From Anthoceros angustus (taxonomy: Eukaryota > Plantae > Anthocerotophyta), in contig VJWM01000204.1 of assembly GCA_010909165.1 (NCBI GenBank), positions 62,001-126,000 on the forward strand: a DNA stretch of 64,000 nt. Direction: 5' to 3'. Each line of letters starts with the position of its first letter. Position 1 is the first letter of the stretch. The translations under genes and the position numbers were made by a program. This document shows, one piece after another, positions 21,240-34,306 of the stretch. The notes under the pieces were generated by a model that was given only the letters and a program-made list of their open reading frames with translations, made no database searches and was not told the DNA's origin.

Positions 21240-24200
21240 CACCCAACAACGAGAGATGATTTATTGAGGTGAAAGAACGATGGAAAGAGACCATCTAGGA
21301 AGGGACAACAAATGGGGACCCGGGGGTCGGAGTGAAGAGGAGCAACCGAGCTCCCTACCTAAAGTGACCAATCGCACTCCACAATGTCATATGCGTGTAG
21401 AATAAACGGCCGCAAACCACAGAGGAAGAGGAAAAGGCATCACCCACCGCCGCCGCCTTTATGGAGAATCGCTGAGAGCGCCTGAAGAGCAATAGAAACC
21501 GCCGGAAGTATGTGAAGTACGAGAGGGACACCGCACTATGCCTCACAAGATGGTAAGCTTTGGCACAAGACTTGATGAATTTGTCAAAGTCCTCACCATT
21601 GCCCCATACGCTTTAGAGCAAGCGGATAAAGAGGTGGCCCGCTTGCATCCCGCTATACTTATGACCTTGAGAGCCGCACGGCAGCAGCCCACCGACGGTG
21701 ATGACTGAGCGAGGTGGCGCCACGCGTCGCAGAACCACTACATCCGCCACCACAACCGGTCGCCACGACAAGGTATAAGTCCGCCCGATTGAACGACCAG
21801 AAGAAGAGTATACTCCCGCCTCCTCCGTGCCATATAGCCACTTTCGCGAGCAATGGCAAACATGACGCCACGGATGGCGCCATGAGTGGCAATGCGGCGA
21901 CTGGGGACAACGAGCAAGGTGGACACCGAGACGCCAAGAGCAGAGCCGCACTCACAAGTGAGGAGCGAAGAAGCCACAGCCGGAGTAGGCCGAGACGGAA
22001 TCGCATCGCAGAGTGAAGGTGGTTGGTGCGATGTGAAATCCCGTATGCATGGGCGGGCCAAGAGCTGCCACCCGCCTCCTTCCTGCAACAAGAGCGAGCC
22101 GCGCCTAGTGGACCTCGGAGATGGAGGGGTCCCGGAGGATGATCAAAAGCCCGGCCGAGCCGCTCGAGCGTAGATGCCTCGCAATCCCTAAAGCCATCTG
22201 ATAAATGTAGAGAAAGGAGGGAAGTCCTTCCGAGCATCCGATAACATGTCTCCGGCCCGCCTCAAGGACGATTGAGAGAGAAGGTTCCTCCTCCACACTT
22301 GATACGAGATCCTCGAGAAAGGGCTTGTCATGGAGGATGAAACGGAAGCCAAGGCAAGGCAGAGGGCCCAACTCCCAAGAAAGCCGCCGGGAAGAGACCT
22401 CCGATGAGAGCACCCCACGCCCAAATTGCACAGTGGATGCTTGCTGGGCTGCCTGTGGCACTCAAAAGCCCCGAGCCCAAGATGTCCCCAAGAGTATCCA
22501 TAATCTTCAGATCAAACCCCGAGCCGGACAAAAGGACCGAGACTGAGGCAGACGGATGAGGTACCTGTGGCGCCTAGCAAAATGTAAGGAAAGGATTCCA
22601 AAGGCCACCCGAGCATCCTCCAAAGAAAGGGAGGTCTTCAATATGGGAGAGGTCCTCTGCAAGGGCCTTGTCCAGAAGCTCCCAATGAAGTCTGGGAACC
22701 AAAGGGGACCCCAAGAACTGCACCAAGAGCCGAGCAATCTCCCCAGAAACCGCAGAGTAGGTGATCCCGACGGAGACCGACGCTGCACTTGGACATCTTG
22801 ACCTTCAAGCCCACCAACGAAAGCTCGAAGAGAATATCTCAAAGGCCTCCTTGACTTTGTCCCTGTGCCCGAGGATGTGAGAATGCCCGCCAACGAAGGA
22901 AGACACACATGGAGAGGGCGGCCCCAGACAGGCCCTATAGTGAGCAATAGCGAAGAGAGCACCGCCTAGCGGGTCGCCTTGCTCGGTACCGTGGCCGATT
23001 CCAAGACGAGACGGCGAAACTCAAGAGACGTTCTTGTCTTTGGTAGTAGAGGTTGGAGGACCTCCGTAGAAGCACCGGACAAAGGGTATAAGACTCTAGA
23101 CGCCGCCATCCCTAAGCTCCTCAAAGATGACGCCCGGAAATGGTATTGAAGGCGCTCTCGACATCCACCGTAAGACTACCCAATCCGGTGGGTATCAAGG
23201 CAAGCTTTCACCCCTAGCACCATGCACTGCAGCCCCTGAGTGGCAATGCCAAATTGAAGGGGTTGAAGTGTCCGGAGAAGGGTGCAATAGAAAGCGGCCG
23301 AGTAGCCGCATGAAGGCCTCCCAACCGCGAGTGGGCGACGCCGAAAGTGTGCTTGTCCATAGCGACAAGCCTACTAGCCGCAAGAACAAACCGGTGAGGC
23401 ATCTCTCCACGAGCCACCGTAGCAGCCAGAGAAAAGAGCTCTGGAAAGCCACTCGATGGATCTTCGTGGAGAAAGAGGTCCCTAAAGTGTTCGAACACCA
23501 TTCCCGACAAACCTGCAGATGAAAGACGAGGGGTTGTGGAGAGAGCCAGAGCAAAAGCCGCTCGGTCCAGGGAGAAGGGATCCTCTGGGACATAGTCGGA
23601 TATGTCCGGGGGAATGGCATCCTTAGGTGGCGGATGGAGGGCAGCAATTGTCTCTTCTGAAGCGGGGGCTAGAGGGACGGGTCGAAGAGCCCTAGCAGCG
23701 CGGGCATATTCACCCGCCTGGCCAAGCAACTTGCAGCGGCGTAGGTTTGTTGCATTACCTGCACTGCTCCAACCGGCCGAGCAGATTCCGCCGGACTTGG
23801 CAAAGACGCATGCCTCCTCTCAAGAGCCGCCTACCGCCACCAAAACGTCAAGACGGCTAGCAACTTCACTTGCTCAAGCCCCCCCTAGTGCAATCAAGAC
23901 ACCATCGGGAGAAGAAGGAGGAGACACCAAGCTAACTCATCCCGGATCGAGTGCAAGGCGATCTAGGGAAGACGAAATGCCGACGGCATCATCGTGAAGG
24001 TGCCGAGGAAGCCGCGAAGATGCGCGACATGGAAAGCGGGTTTCAACATCCCAAGGATGTGATCCAAATGACCGCAACCATTCCTGTGAAGAAAAGAGGC
24101 ACCACAAGGAGAAAGCTACTGTGCGCCGAAGCCGGGGTAGCGGACGTGGAGGAGGTCGCAGCGTGCGCTTGGGCAGCCCAGATAGTCTGGTCGAAATCTT

Positions 24201-24400
24201 TATTCATGTGCCCGAGGTGAGTTTTCACCCCCTTGACGTTGCAGTAGAGTTGAGCACAGACTGGATAAGGAGTGTCCTTGACAGTCACGGAGGGTGTGGA
24301 TCGCCCCAATAGGTACACCCAATAGGTAACTCTTCACGAGGAAAGAGTAGATTCATGCCGAGCCATGGGCACTTGCTAGTGATTGAAAACAGTTGCAAGC
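21240..24400 (-). mobile_element. Near full-length decayed RLE-type (CRE-like) non-LTR retrotransposon
   Basis: N-terminal zinc-finger-like relic (PYPVCAQLYCNVKGVKTHLGH), GEYARAARAL, RT motifs RLVAMDK, VDVESAFNT (about 23140-23170) and QGDPLGGALF (about 22950-22980), and an RLE tail KYSGMQAGHLFI. AATAAA near 21260. Frameshifted. Confidence 0.8.
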
Positions 24401-24696
24401 ACCACCTTTCGGCTCCAAAGTAAAAAATTTTCACTAATCCGTCCCCTATTAAACAATGTGAGCATAGATATAGTAAGTATATAATAAGAAAAGAGGTAAG
24501 TTATTTTATTAGGTTCAAACTGGTGGAGTTGACGCATCTTGATAAAAGTCTCTCTATAGAACTGATAGAGTGTGGATACAAGTAATAGAGTTTATTGGAT
24601 AAATTATTTTGCTATAGAATTGAAAAGGAAAGATAAGTGGTATGGAAGCACAATTTTTTTTTAACTTGGTAATACTTTGTGTATAGTTATTTATTT

Positions 24697-24705
<9 letters not shown>

Positions 24706-24730
<25 letters not shown>

Positions 24731-24731
24731 A
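24706..24731. repeat. (TA)n microsatellite
   Basis: About 12 TA units. Confidence 0.9.
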
Positions 24732-24831
24732 TATCTATGATGTATATGATATGTGTATATTACCTATATAGAGAAACAAGACGTGTCACATTGTGGCACA
24801 AAGTTTGTCATTGTGATACTATTTCTACAAT

Positions 24832-26406
24832 ATGGCAACAAATTGTTATGATGTTCTTAAAGAAACATTGATGCCCCAACCTTATGGACCCGGACCAGCA
24901 TCTCCTTTGAAAACTGCCATTGTACGAAGATTAGTGAAATGGCCTTTCAAGGAAGCAATTCGCAATTTTTTCTCACAACAGCACATCAAAGATAAATTGA
25001 TTAACACTTATTCAATGAGACAATATCCTAGAACCATAGTCAAACGAGGAGAAAAAATCCAAAATAAGGCAGACGTGGAATGCCTACTTAAAGAATGTGT
25101 TTTTAAACCAGTGAATTTTGTTTGTCAAACAGTTCTTGGTCTTGATGTTATGTTTGGGACTGCAGAGTCTACATTTTGTTTGGCTGCATCTCAAGTGGAT
25201 TGTTCAATGTGGAAATTGGTCCGAAATGAGAGTAAAGGTCTTACTCAATCACAATTACTAGTTCCCATTGATGTCAAAGATATCTTTCATTTCTATGTAG
25301 ATGGAGAACACTTAGTAAATATGTATAATTCTCCCCCTAAATGGGAAAAGGTTGTAAGATACGTCAAACAGATCTTAATGTATATGATAGAAGAAGGTTC
25401 TTTGCTTGGAGTTCTAGCAACAGATCGAGAACATATCTTCTTTCTTAGATCTTCTAATCCTCAAGATAAGAACTTGTACGTATCAGAAACCATTTTGTTC
25501 CATGAGGATGATCCAACTGTCCGCGAAGCCTATACATACTTGTCTTATCTAGCAGTAACCCAGTACACTACTAAGTTGTCTGTTAAAGATGTTAAAATTA
25601 GTCTTCAAGAGAAAACATGGCTTTCAACATTTCTTGGAAGAAGAAAATCGCAAATACTAAGTGAGGTTAGAAGACCATCTTTAGCGTTTGAGTCTCATAC
25701 TAGATCTAGTATTCTAAAAGGTAATCTAAGTTTTAGTGATAGACCAAAAACTGCTCCAAAGGTCTCTAGGTATGCAAAGTTTGATCACATTGGAAAATCC
25801 AAGCCAGTAGAAAATGAGGATAAATCGGAAGCTACAGTTTGGTATAAGTCATTGACAGAGTTCTCCTTTACCTTTCTACATCTAGGAGAGGTCATTAGCA
25901 AGACCAAAACTACCATAATTCGAGAAGGAAATATTTTTAAAACTCAAGTTATAGTAAAGCTATATAATTTCAGTGACAAGGATGAAACATTGGAAAACTT
26001 CTATAAAGAAGTAAAGGCATATGACACATTGTTTGATCTGCAAGGAGAATGCCTCCCTCTACTAATAGCATATGGCTCTCTTTTTGGAGGGATGCAAGGT
26101 TTTCTTGCACTATCCAAAGAAGGCTCTAACTTGAATGCATTCTCTTCAGCAACATCATCAATCTCACATTCCCATCTAAGATCTCTTATAAGGAGGATAC
26201 ACGGGTATGGTATATGCCACAATAATTTAAGTCTACATAACATCGTATCTGGATGTAGAAACTATGCACCGAATTACAGATTCATTGATTTTGCAAGCTG
26301 TAAATTCGAAGCATCCACGGAGGAATTGCTCAAAGAGGAGGAAGCTGTTATGAGACTTGGGTTTGACAAACATAGCGTAAGCGTAACGCTGGTCTCACCA
26401 AAGTAG
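24832..26406 (+). CDS. 524-aa intronless protein with a PD-(D/E)xK-like N-terminal domain and an atypical kinase-like C-terminal domain (Crinkler-like architecture)
   Basis: VD...LLVPIDVK...QILMYM...LGVLAT...FFLR, then VIVKL...EVKAY..L..LQG.CLP.L...G...IH.YGICHNNL...NI...FIDFA. Open but AT-rich ORF. Confidence 0.7.
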   Translation: MATNCYDVLKETLMPQPYGPGPASPLKTAIVRRLVKWPFKEAIRNFFSQQHIKDKLINTYSMRQYPRTIVKRGEKIQNKADVECLLKECVFKPVNFVCQTVLGLDVMFGTAESTFCLAASQVDCSMWKLVRNESKGLTQSQLLVPIDVKDIFHFYVDGEHLVNMYNSPPKWEKVVRYVKQILMYMIEEGSLLGVLATDREHIFFLRSSNPQDKNLYVSETILFHEDDPTVREAYTYLSYLAVTQYTTKLSVKDVKISLQEKTWLSTFLGRRKSQILSEVRRPSLAFESHTRSSILKGNLSFSDRPKTAPKVSRYAKFDHIGKSKPVENEDKSEATVWYKSLTEFSFTFLHLGEVISKTKTTIIREGNIFKTQVIVKLYNFSDKDETLENFYKEVKAYDTLFDLQGECLPLLIAYGSLFGGMQGFLALSKEGSNLNAFSSATSSISHSHLRSLIRRIHGYGICHNNLSLHNIVSGCRNYAPNYRFIDFASCKFEASTEELLKEEEAVMRLGFDKHSVSVTLVSPK

Positions 26407-26923
26407 GGGGCCACGTTTGTTTGGTTGAAAATTGCAGTTACGGTTCCGGCTTTAAGCCTATCCATTCTCGTTGCAAAGATTGCACGGTTTGCGGATTTGA
26501 GCTCCGCGATTGCTTGGCTTGAATATGACCCAGTGCTTGAGATTTGCAAATTGGAGATGGATGTGCCCAACCACCTATCGGAAATTGCAACGGCCTACAT
26601 CACAACGTAAAGTAACAAGCACTTTGCGACAGAATCGCAGCATGAATCGGGCGGTCTTCTTGCTGGATTTTCTGCAGACATGGATCCGGTGTCTTACAGC
26701 AGATAGTGCAAATCGAAGCAGAAGGCCAGAATGACATGTTAAAAGGAGCGAATGGTACAGATACAGCACACGGAGGAAGAATGCGGGTTTACACCTCAAG
26801 TACTGATCTCCTCTTCAGGGTGACAAATTGCAAACGTGCTAGTAGAATACAAACAAGGCAAGTCATTGCCTGTAGGGCGGCTACAAATTGAACTCTGTAC
26901 AATTGGATCCAGGAAGCAAGGGA

Positions 26924-27550
26924 CTAGACCCTCTCCGGTTGTAGCATTTCCCGGATTTCGTCAAGAACAAGCCACGCCTTGTGGCCACCAATGACCTCCG
27001 CCTTCTTCTCACCGTCGACCCAAAGCTGGATAGTAGGCATCTTGGTGACCTCAGCCCGCTTAACCAGAGAGGACGGAACAGCATTCACATCGATGCAGAA
27101 GAACCTGGTATCTGGATGGTACTCCGCTGCTAACCTCTCCAGCTTCGGCTTCAGGTAGATACATTTCCTGCACCAGCTGGCCATCCACTCGATCACCACC
27201 CGCTTGCCCTCCGCCTGCGCCTCTGCCAGCAATGCATTGAATTGCTCTTCTCCCGTGATGGGCTCCAGCTCCACAGCCACAGGCTTCTCCTCCCGAGGCC
27301 CTACCCCAAACAGTGCTCCAACCCTGGCGGTCACCACCTGCCTGCTGTGCCCATTGCTGCCAACGCTAATGCCATTGCCATTGCCATTCCAAGCCAGCCC
27401 CCTGTCCAGTCCCCCCCTCCTCCGATCCTGTAGCCTGGGGCACGCAATCCTGCACTCAGCTGCAGCTCCTTTCCCGCCAAGAGGAGCTTTGGCTTGACAA
27501 ACATGGAAGACTGTGTGTTGGCAAACCTGCTGCACAGCTGACGAAGCCAT
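26924..27550 (-). CDS. WCRKC: Plastid thioredoxin-like protein with a WCRKC active site
   Basis: Transit-peptide-like N-terminus; [37 protein letters not shown]; intronless. Confidence 0.95.
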   Translation of the reverse strand: MASSAVQQVCQHTVFHVCQAKAPLGGKGAAAECRIACPRLQDRRRGGLDRGLAWNGNGNGISVGSNGHSRQVVTARVGALFGVGPREEKPVAVELEPITGEEQFNALLAEAQAEGKRVVIEWMASWCRKCIYLKPKLERLAAEYHPDTRFFCIDVNAVPSSLVKRAEVTKMPTIQLWVDGEKKAEVIGGHKAWLVLDEIREMLQPERV

Positions 27551-28076
27551 GCTTCCAGCTCCTGCCCTTGTGTCCCCTACCCGACCACTCCTCCGGGTTT
27601 ATCCAAACTGATGTTGCCCATCAGCACCCGCCACGTCAGAGACACGCTAATCTGCTTGTAAGCGCAGCTTCCCTGCACATGCTAACATGGCTCCGCTGGT
27701 CCATTGCTGCCGCGGCAGCTGTTCCAAAACATTGGAGGATATATTGTCTGTCCCTTCTCGCTGGCACTGCCATCTCGCAGGCTCTGTGCGCCCACTGCAA
27801 GTGTGATGAGTGAACAACCCAGTAATTTTCACCGAGGCGATTTGCCAAGGAAATCCGAATTTCAAGCTTTCAACCCGGCCAGCAGATCCTGGGTTCTGGT
27901 CATGCTTGCCATCACCAGATCGTGCAGCGAAGGAGAGCCCAGCGGATGCTCACAGGCCCACATGACAGATATGGCATTGTCTGTGCTTGACTCACGGTTT
28001 ATAACGGTAATTACTTCATCGGGGCGGAAGGCTCGGGTTTTAGAGCTGTTGCTCCTTTGCCTTGGCCGGAGCACTG

Positions 28077-30393
28077 ATGGCCGCAAACAAGGATGCTGGA
28101 GAGGGGACTGAGAAGGCGCTAGCAGCTGAGCCTAGAGCTGCCGTGGTGTTGCCATGGATGCGCAGTCCGCTCAAGATTGAAAAGCACGATCCTGTTCCGC
28201 TCCAGCACGTGGTTGGGCTGGATCCAAGGTTAGGGTTGTGAGGGTTTGGAGGTGGTTTGCTTTGCGGTCATGCCTGTTTGCGTTGGCAAAGGATGATGGA
28301 AAAGCTGACGGTGTGCCATACTGATATGCCAGACTTAGAGATGCACTTCACAAGATAGGGATCAGCAGCTTGTTTCCGGTGCAGGTTGCTGCCTGGCATG
28401 AAGCTGTGGGTTACGGAGGGGGGGAGCACGATATTTGTGTGAGCTCGCCGACTGGGAGTGGCAAAACTCTTGCGTATGCCCTTCCCATAGTGCAAATGCT
28501 GTCCTCCAGAGTGATAAGACGACTCCGGGCACTGGTTGTTCTTCCTACGCGTGATCTTGCCTTGCAGGTATGTGTACCGGGTGTTTTTTCTGGGGTGACG
28601 GGCATTTGCATGGGATTGTTTCAATGTAGCACCTAACTCCGGGTTATGGCTGCGGTGGGGTTTTCAGGTCAAGGCAGTGTTTGATAGTATAGCTCCTGCA
28701 GTTGGCTTGTCGGTTGGCTTAGCTGTTGGTCAGACTCGATTCTCCACGGAGGCAGCTGAGATTGTCAAGCTACCCCGGCCATTACTTTCCTGCTCTCGGA
28801 CGGTGGATCCAGAAGACCAATTCGGTTTCAGTGGCGTGGATATCCTTGTAGCAACACCTGGACGTCTCATGGACCATCTGAGAGCCACAGACGGTTTTAC
28901 TTTGCAACACTTGAGCTATCTTGTAGGTCTGCAGCTGTTGTGACGGGCTTGCTTTGCGGAGCGTATACGCCTACTTTGCCTGAGAGCGACTCACATTTGG
29001 ACAGGTTGTGGATGAAACTGACAGGCTACTCCGTCAATCATACCAAAACTGGTTGCCCAGTGTCCTAGAGGCAGCAGAGGCGTCGCACCATGTTGGCGGA
29101 GATCCGAGTACTTCGTTGCTGGATGCAGTTCAGACTATCAGACGCCCGTGAGTTTGCCTTCTAATTGTATTTGGATGCAAGGTTGTACTGCTAGCAAGTG
29201 ACTCATCAGATGACCGATTGTTGCAGGGCACTAGAAAGGGGCCTGAAGGGGGTCAAGTTCCCACGGGTTATGAAGATGGTTCTATCAGCCACATTGACCA
29301 AGGACCCTGCTAAAATTTTACAACTGGGTCTCTACCGTCCTCTTTACATTTCTTCATCATCATCAGAGAGCCGGTATAAAATTCCGAAGGAGCTTCAAGC
29401 GTATCAGCTGGTAAGCTCTGAGCATTTCCATCACGTCATTGTTTGTGAACTGGTCATTCTGGGGGCCTTTGATGAGCCGTTCTGAATTGGGAAACTGTTT
29501 GTCACCACTCTCAGGTTTGCAAGGCTGGAGAAAAGCCTTTGTATCTGGTTGCACTCCTTCAAAGCTTGAAGGGGCAGAAAACCATTGTCTTCACTGCGTC
29601 AGTAGAGGAAAATCATCGTCTTTACCTCCTGTTGAAAGCATTTCAGGGTGTTTCTTTAGAATCTGTTGAGTATTCAAGCCGACAACATCAGCTAAGTCGC
29701 AGGTAATTCAAGTTACAAGTGGAGTGAATTCATCAAAGCAACATTTTACACACAATAGCCCTCATGTGAACCTGTTTTTCCAGCAAGGCACTGGCAGCTT
29801 TCAGAACAGGGCTTGCCGATGTGCTCGTGGCATCTGATGCCATGACCCGGGGAATGGATGTGGAGGGAGTGATGCACGTGGTCAACTATGATGTGCCTGT
29901 GTATGCAAAAACCTATGTTCATCGAGTTGGGCGAACTGCTCGTGCCGGGAATCCAGGCTGTGCGTACACATTGCTTCGAAGGGAAGAGGTACCACACAGA
30001 TTCCTCCGTGGTCTCTTGGTGCTAACTGAGCAGTGAGATCTTGGAGTCTCCTTTAGTCGTCGTCTCTGAATCTTTAGTGATGTCCCCTCACAGGTCAGAA
30101 ATTTCAAAGCCATTTTGAGGAAAGCTGAGAACAGCACTTGCAAGACGTTGAAATTGCCAATGTCTGCAACCAAGGCGCTCCGTCCTCAATATGTGGAAGG
30201 TACATAGATTTAACATTACTCCCGTGTTATGATCACATTTCCGCACCTGCTAGAATCTTATTTGCAGTTGCCCTGTGCCATAGCTCTGGATCGCTTGAAG
30301 GACATGGTTGCTGCTGAAGCGGCTGGTGGCAACATTGATAAGTCATCACACCCTCAGCGTAGGGAGGGTACCAGTCCCGCTTTAGAGCAGTAA
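28077..30393 (+). CDS. RH1: DEAD-box RNA helicase RH1 (DDX51/Dbp6 family), multi-exon
   Basis: VLPWMRSP, LFPVQ, SPTGSGKT, PTRDLA, TPGRL, DETD, SAT, SDAMTRGMD and HRVGRTAR spread over short GT-AG introns. Start and stop were inferred by manual splicing. Confidence 0.92.
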
Positions 30394-32065
30394 AGAAGTG
30401 CTCCTGCCACATACGAGGCAGAGCCAGAGCCAGAGCCCTCGGTGCCACCCCGAGATTTAAGAGTACGTGCTGTACCTTGGACCCTATAATGGGTGATGGA
30501 GAACGAAGGCTGAAGTAGTTGGGTGCTTGAGTTGAGGGAAGGCACGCACGCGTCTTACGTATGTGGATCCTCCCGTAGAAGGCTGGCTGCATGTATGAAA
30601 TTGTCTCTCCCCCTGAACTGGCAATTTTCACTTTTAATATGTCAAGCCGCAATGGGGCAGCGGCTATGTGGTGAGTGTCTCACCTTGCCCTAACCAATGG
30701 AAACGTTTTGTGAGCCGATGAGCTCATTGGCACACTCCACCTCAAAGTGTGAGGAGACCAACAGCTCTCACTTGTGGCCGTCAGGGATTTTGTGTACGTT
30801 GTCTGCGTTTTTCTTGCGAAAATGCCGATTCTCGTGCAGAGCTTCCCACATGCTAGTGTCGTGCTTGCCACACGCGTCCAAGGTGGAGTGGGCTTGGACA
30901 GGTGCAGCAGTTTAAGTTCCTGAGCCTGAGGCCCTTTCTGAACCGCAGAAAGTGCTTAAATGGCCGGCTCCACACTTGTTGTGTAAGACCTCTGGCAGTC
31001 GTGTCAGCGGACAGGCACAGAAATCCCGCCGCGAATTGGTTTCTCGGATTCCCCGAGTAGGTGATCATCCAGCGGCAAAATGACCGTTGTTGCTGTGTTC
31101 AAACCCACCGACCCCATTATGATATGTTGAAAGTGTAAGTAGGTGAGAAGGGAAGGAGTAGCTGGGTAGTAGTTCCTTCACAAAATTACCCACCTAATCA
31201 TTCTCACAATGAAGTCTGCAGAAACGGCTTTGACATGGGCATATTCCATGTTGTGTTGTACATACAAGCATCGTTTGCTGGTCTTCCTAGACAGGGTTTT
31301 GCAAAGAATTGCTTGACTTAGCCTGGGACAGCATTGTACAATATTCAGTACACTTAACGGGAAATGTACAGTACGTCCATGGACACTTGGAGTCACCAAG
31401 CATGTAGCAGACGTCATTCTCCGGATCTCCAGTGGACCAAAGCACATCTTGATTACATGCTTGAATCCCTTGTCTTGGGCTCTGCCCGCCGTGATTCGCA
31501 TGAGGGCCCCGGTCGCCTCTTTGTGCGCCGATACTGTCATCAAAGAAAAGCACAGAATAGGAATCTTGTGAAGGGTGCATCTTGTGCGTGTGAAACCGGG
31601 TGGGTACTGTCCCTGGGCAGTGGTTTGTATCACGAGACTGGCAGCGCAAACTTCAAGGGCTCGCCAGATGCATCCACCATGCAGGGACGAGACAAGGAGC
31701 GGCTCGTCAGGGACGGCTCGAAACAGGACAGCGCCGGCTGGATCGGACTCTCTCTTACTCACTGACAAGTATCGACAGTCTGACACGAGCAGAGGAGACC
31801 TCGACCATCAAAACTAGGAGTAGAATGTATTTTGGAGGGTTGCGTGGACATCCCGCCAACGGGTGGACGCTAGCGCAACGTGTGTTACGCGTCGGCAGTT
31901 TCCAATTCAGTGGAACTCTTCACACAGAGGGAAAGAGGGAAAGAGGGAAAGATGGAAGACGGCGCGTGGAGATCCTGTCTTGCCTCTCGGCACTCTCACA
32001 ATATCCGTAAGACCACATACAGTGGCACTGCTGGAGTACAATTATGAATGTGCTACGTGGTTGCA

Positions 32066-34306
32066 TCAAGGAACAGATCTGAGGGAAACGCCAGAGGCGT
32101 TGAAGTTCGTAGGGGCCACGGGCTTCACTGACCGGCCTTGCAGGAGCAGATACCCCCACCTATCCTGAAGCAAGTAAACCAGGGAGAAGAAGGCAAGCTG
32201 CACCGAGAAGAGCACATTGAAGGTGCGGATGCTTGTCCGGAAAATCAGCTCGTACACATGCATGCCGATAAAGATGTTGACGAATCCTAGAATCACGGCA
32301 CCTGTGCCCAGAATCCAGTGGAGGCCATACCAGAAGGGCCGGGGACCACTCCCGCTGCAAATTGAAATTGCATTCGACAACATGCAACTTGTCAAATTCC
32401 TCTTCAACACTCATCAATGCTTCAAATTCGGGAAGGGAGAAGATCTTCAGACTTACAAGCGGGGACGGATCAAGCCCACGAAACATTGGAGCCACATGGC
32501 GATGAGCAAAGCTAAGCCCAGTCTCTGATGTGTGAACCGGAAATTCAAACCGAATTTGTCCAGCGCAATCCCTCCACCGACTGTGCCCAGAGTGATGCCC
32601 AAAATCTGCAGCCGACACCACAGCGAGTTAAACATCCCAGTCATGATCACCTCGCTAGCTAACAGAGAGCGCAGAGCACCACAGCGTACTAAAATGGTGA
32701 TTGCCTACCTGTGTGATGATATGTCCATATCGCAGTGCATGCAGCGAATTGGACACCTTGATTCCATCATGCCGCAGGTGCTTGGAGAAGCGGATTATGA
32801 TAATGCCCAGCGGCATGAGAACGCCGAAGGAAGCCCACATCAGAAACCCATGAACCATGGGCCAATACGTTGGCGACTGCAGCAGCCAACGTTAACAGAA
32901 CCTGTCAATCAATCTGCAGAGCACAATTCTTCTTGAAAACATACATCTACACAGGAAGGACATACAACTCCTCCTTCCCACACCGACGAGCATAGCGACA
33001 TCTTACCATGACTCCTGTTGATAAAACCAGTGAGGCAGCCAAAATTTGCTTTCTCACTGCAGCTTTCCTCACGAACAGGAATCACAAGCAGGGAAGAGGG
33101 GAAGCAAAGGCAAGCAACTGTATCCCGCTCCCCGGGCGAATGAGCGACCTAAGAGTGGAGGATTCGTGAATGGGGAATCAAAATCTAGAGAAGACGAGTT
33201 CACGACCGCAAAATGTGGGCAGCATGAGTCCAGGACGGCACTCTACTCAGCACGTCACGCTCACAGACTCTCGATTACTTCCGCACATCCGGTGCCGCTG
33301 GTTCTGCACACGACCGGAACTTGGACATGCCACCTCCTATCTTCCCTGAAGGGATGTGACTCCAAGAACCCACGAGCTACGAATGCAACATCTACCAAGT
33401 GGCCCTTTCCTTATACACGTTCTTTTCCCTATGCTGCTAATATTCCAAGCCACTCGTCTCTCTGGACCTGCAGTTTCCTTGTGCCATCTTTTACATAGCT
33501 GTCTTTACCCCACTTCACTGTCACTGTTACCCCTCACTGGCTCTCGTGTCATATTGTCAATGTCAGTCCTCGGAGCATGCTCTGCCACGCTGCCAGACGT
33601 CGACCATGATTGACCACACTAACAAAATGGCCCAAAACCCTAAACCATCCATCAGCTTACACGCTTCACATGCACAGAATAGTTTGTGGCTCGTCGTGAG
33701 TCGTGACTTCACATCACACTATTAACGACCTCCAATGACCCTCACGCCCTTTGGCAGACAAGTCGAGGGGAGTCTAGGTTTGTAAGGCTCACACATCAAT
33801 GCAGAAAAAAACAGCCGGCAGAGAGAGATGCGCGCAGGCGGGCTCTGGAACTTCCTAAATTAGGTTACCGGTTCCCCGTACCTTTGGACTCCGTGCACCA
33901 AGCTTATTAGCTTCACCAATTGTTCCAGGCAACAGACGCACACACAAAACAAGCTTCACGTCATTCAGCTATTCCACAGCAGCTTTGCGAGTCTCGCACG
34001 GATCTCAGGAAGGTAGCTCGGACAAGTCTCTCTCAGTGTGGTGAGCAGTGCGGCCATTCACAGCACTAGAGAACAATTCTCGGTCGATCTCGGCAACGCC
34101 AAATCTTGCTATCGCAGAGGGAAATCAGAGGGACAAAATTTCAGAGACGCACGTACCGTCTGCTTAGACACCGCCTTCAAAGAATAGGTCGCTCCCGCAG
34201 CAGGGGCTTGGAAGCTGCTTGGACCTGTTGTGGATTGCGCGAGAACAGCTGTCACCGCAATGCTCCAAAACACGATCTTCAGGTGCATGCTGCTCGGAAT
34301 TCCCAT
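32066..34306 (-). CDS. Cytochrome b561 domain-containing membrane protein (likely exon 1 34306-34157, intron of about 1.28 kb, exon 2 from 32876)
   Basis: VHGFLMWASFGVLMPLGI, HIITQ, HQRLGL and WYGLHWILG provide four heme His ligands. The signal-peptide exon ends at a GTACGT donor in phase with the acceptor at 32877. Confidence 0.88.

Noticed and set aside
30400-32050. Overlapping ORFs (e.g. 31178-31786) between RH1 and cytochrome b561
   Set aside because: No recognisable domain or consistent splice model, and no recognisable ncRNA; left unannotated.
33631-33646. AACCCTAAACC as a telomerase RNA template
   Set aside because: No convincing USE/TATA Pol III promoter nearby; better explained as a common telo-box in an intron.
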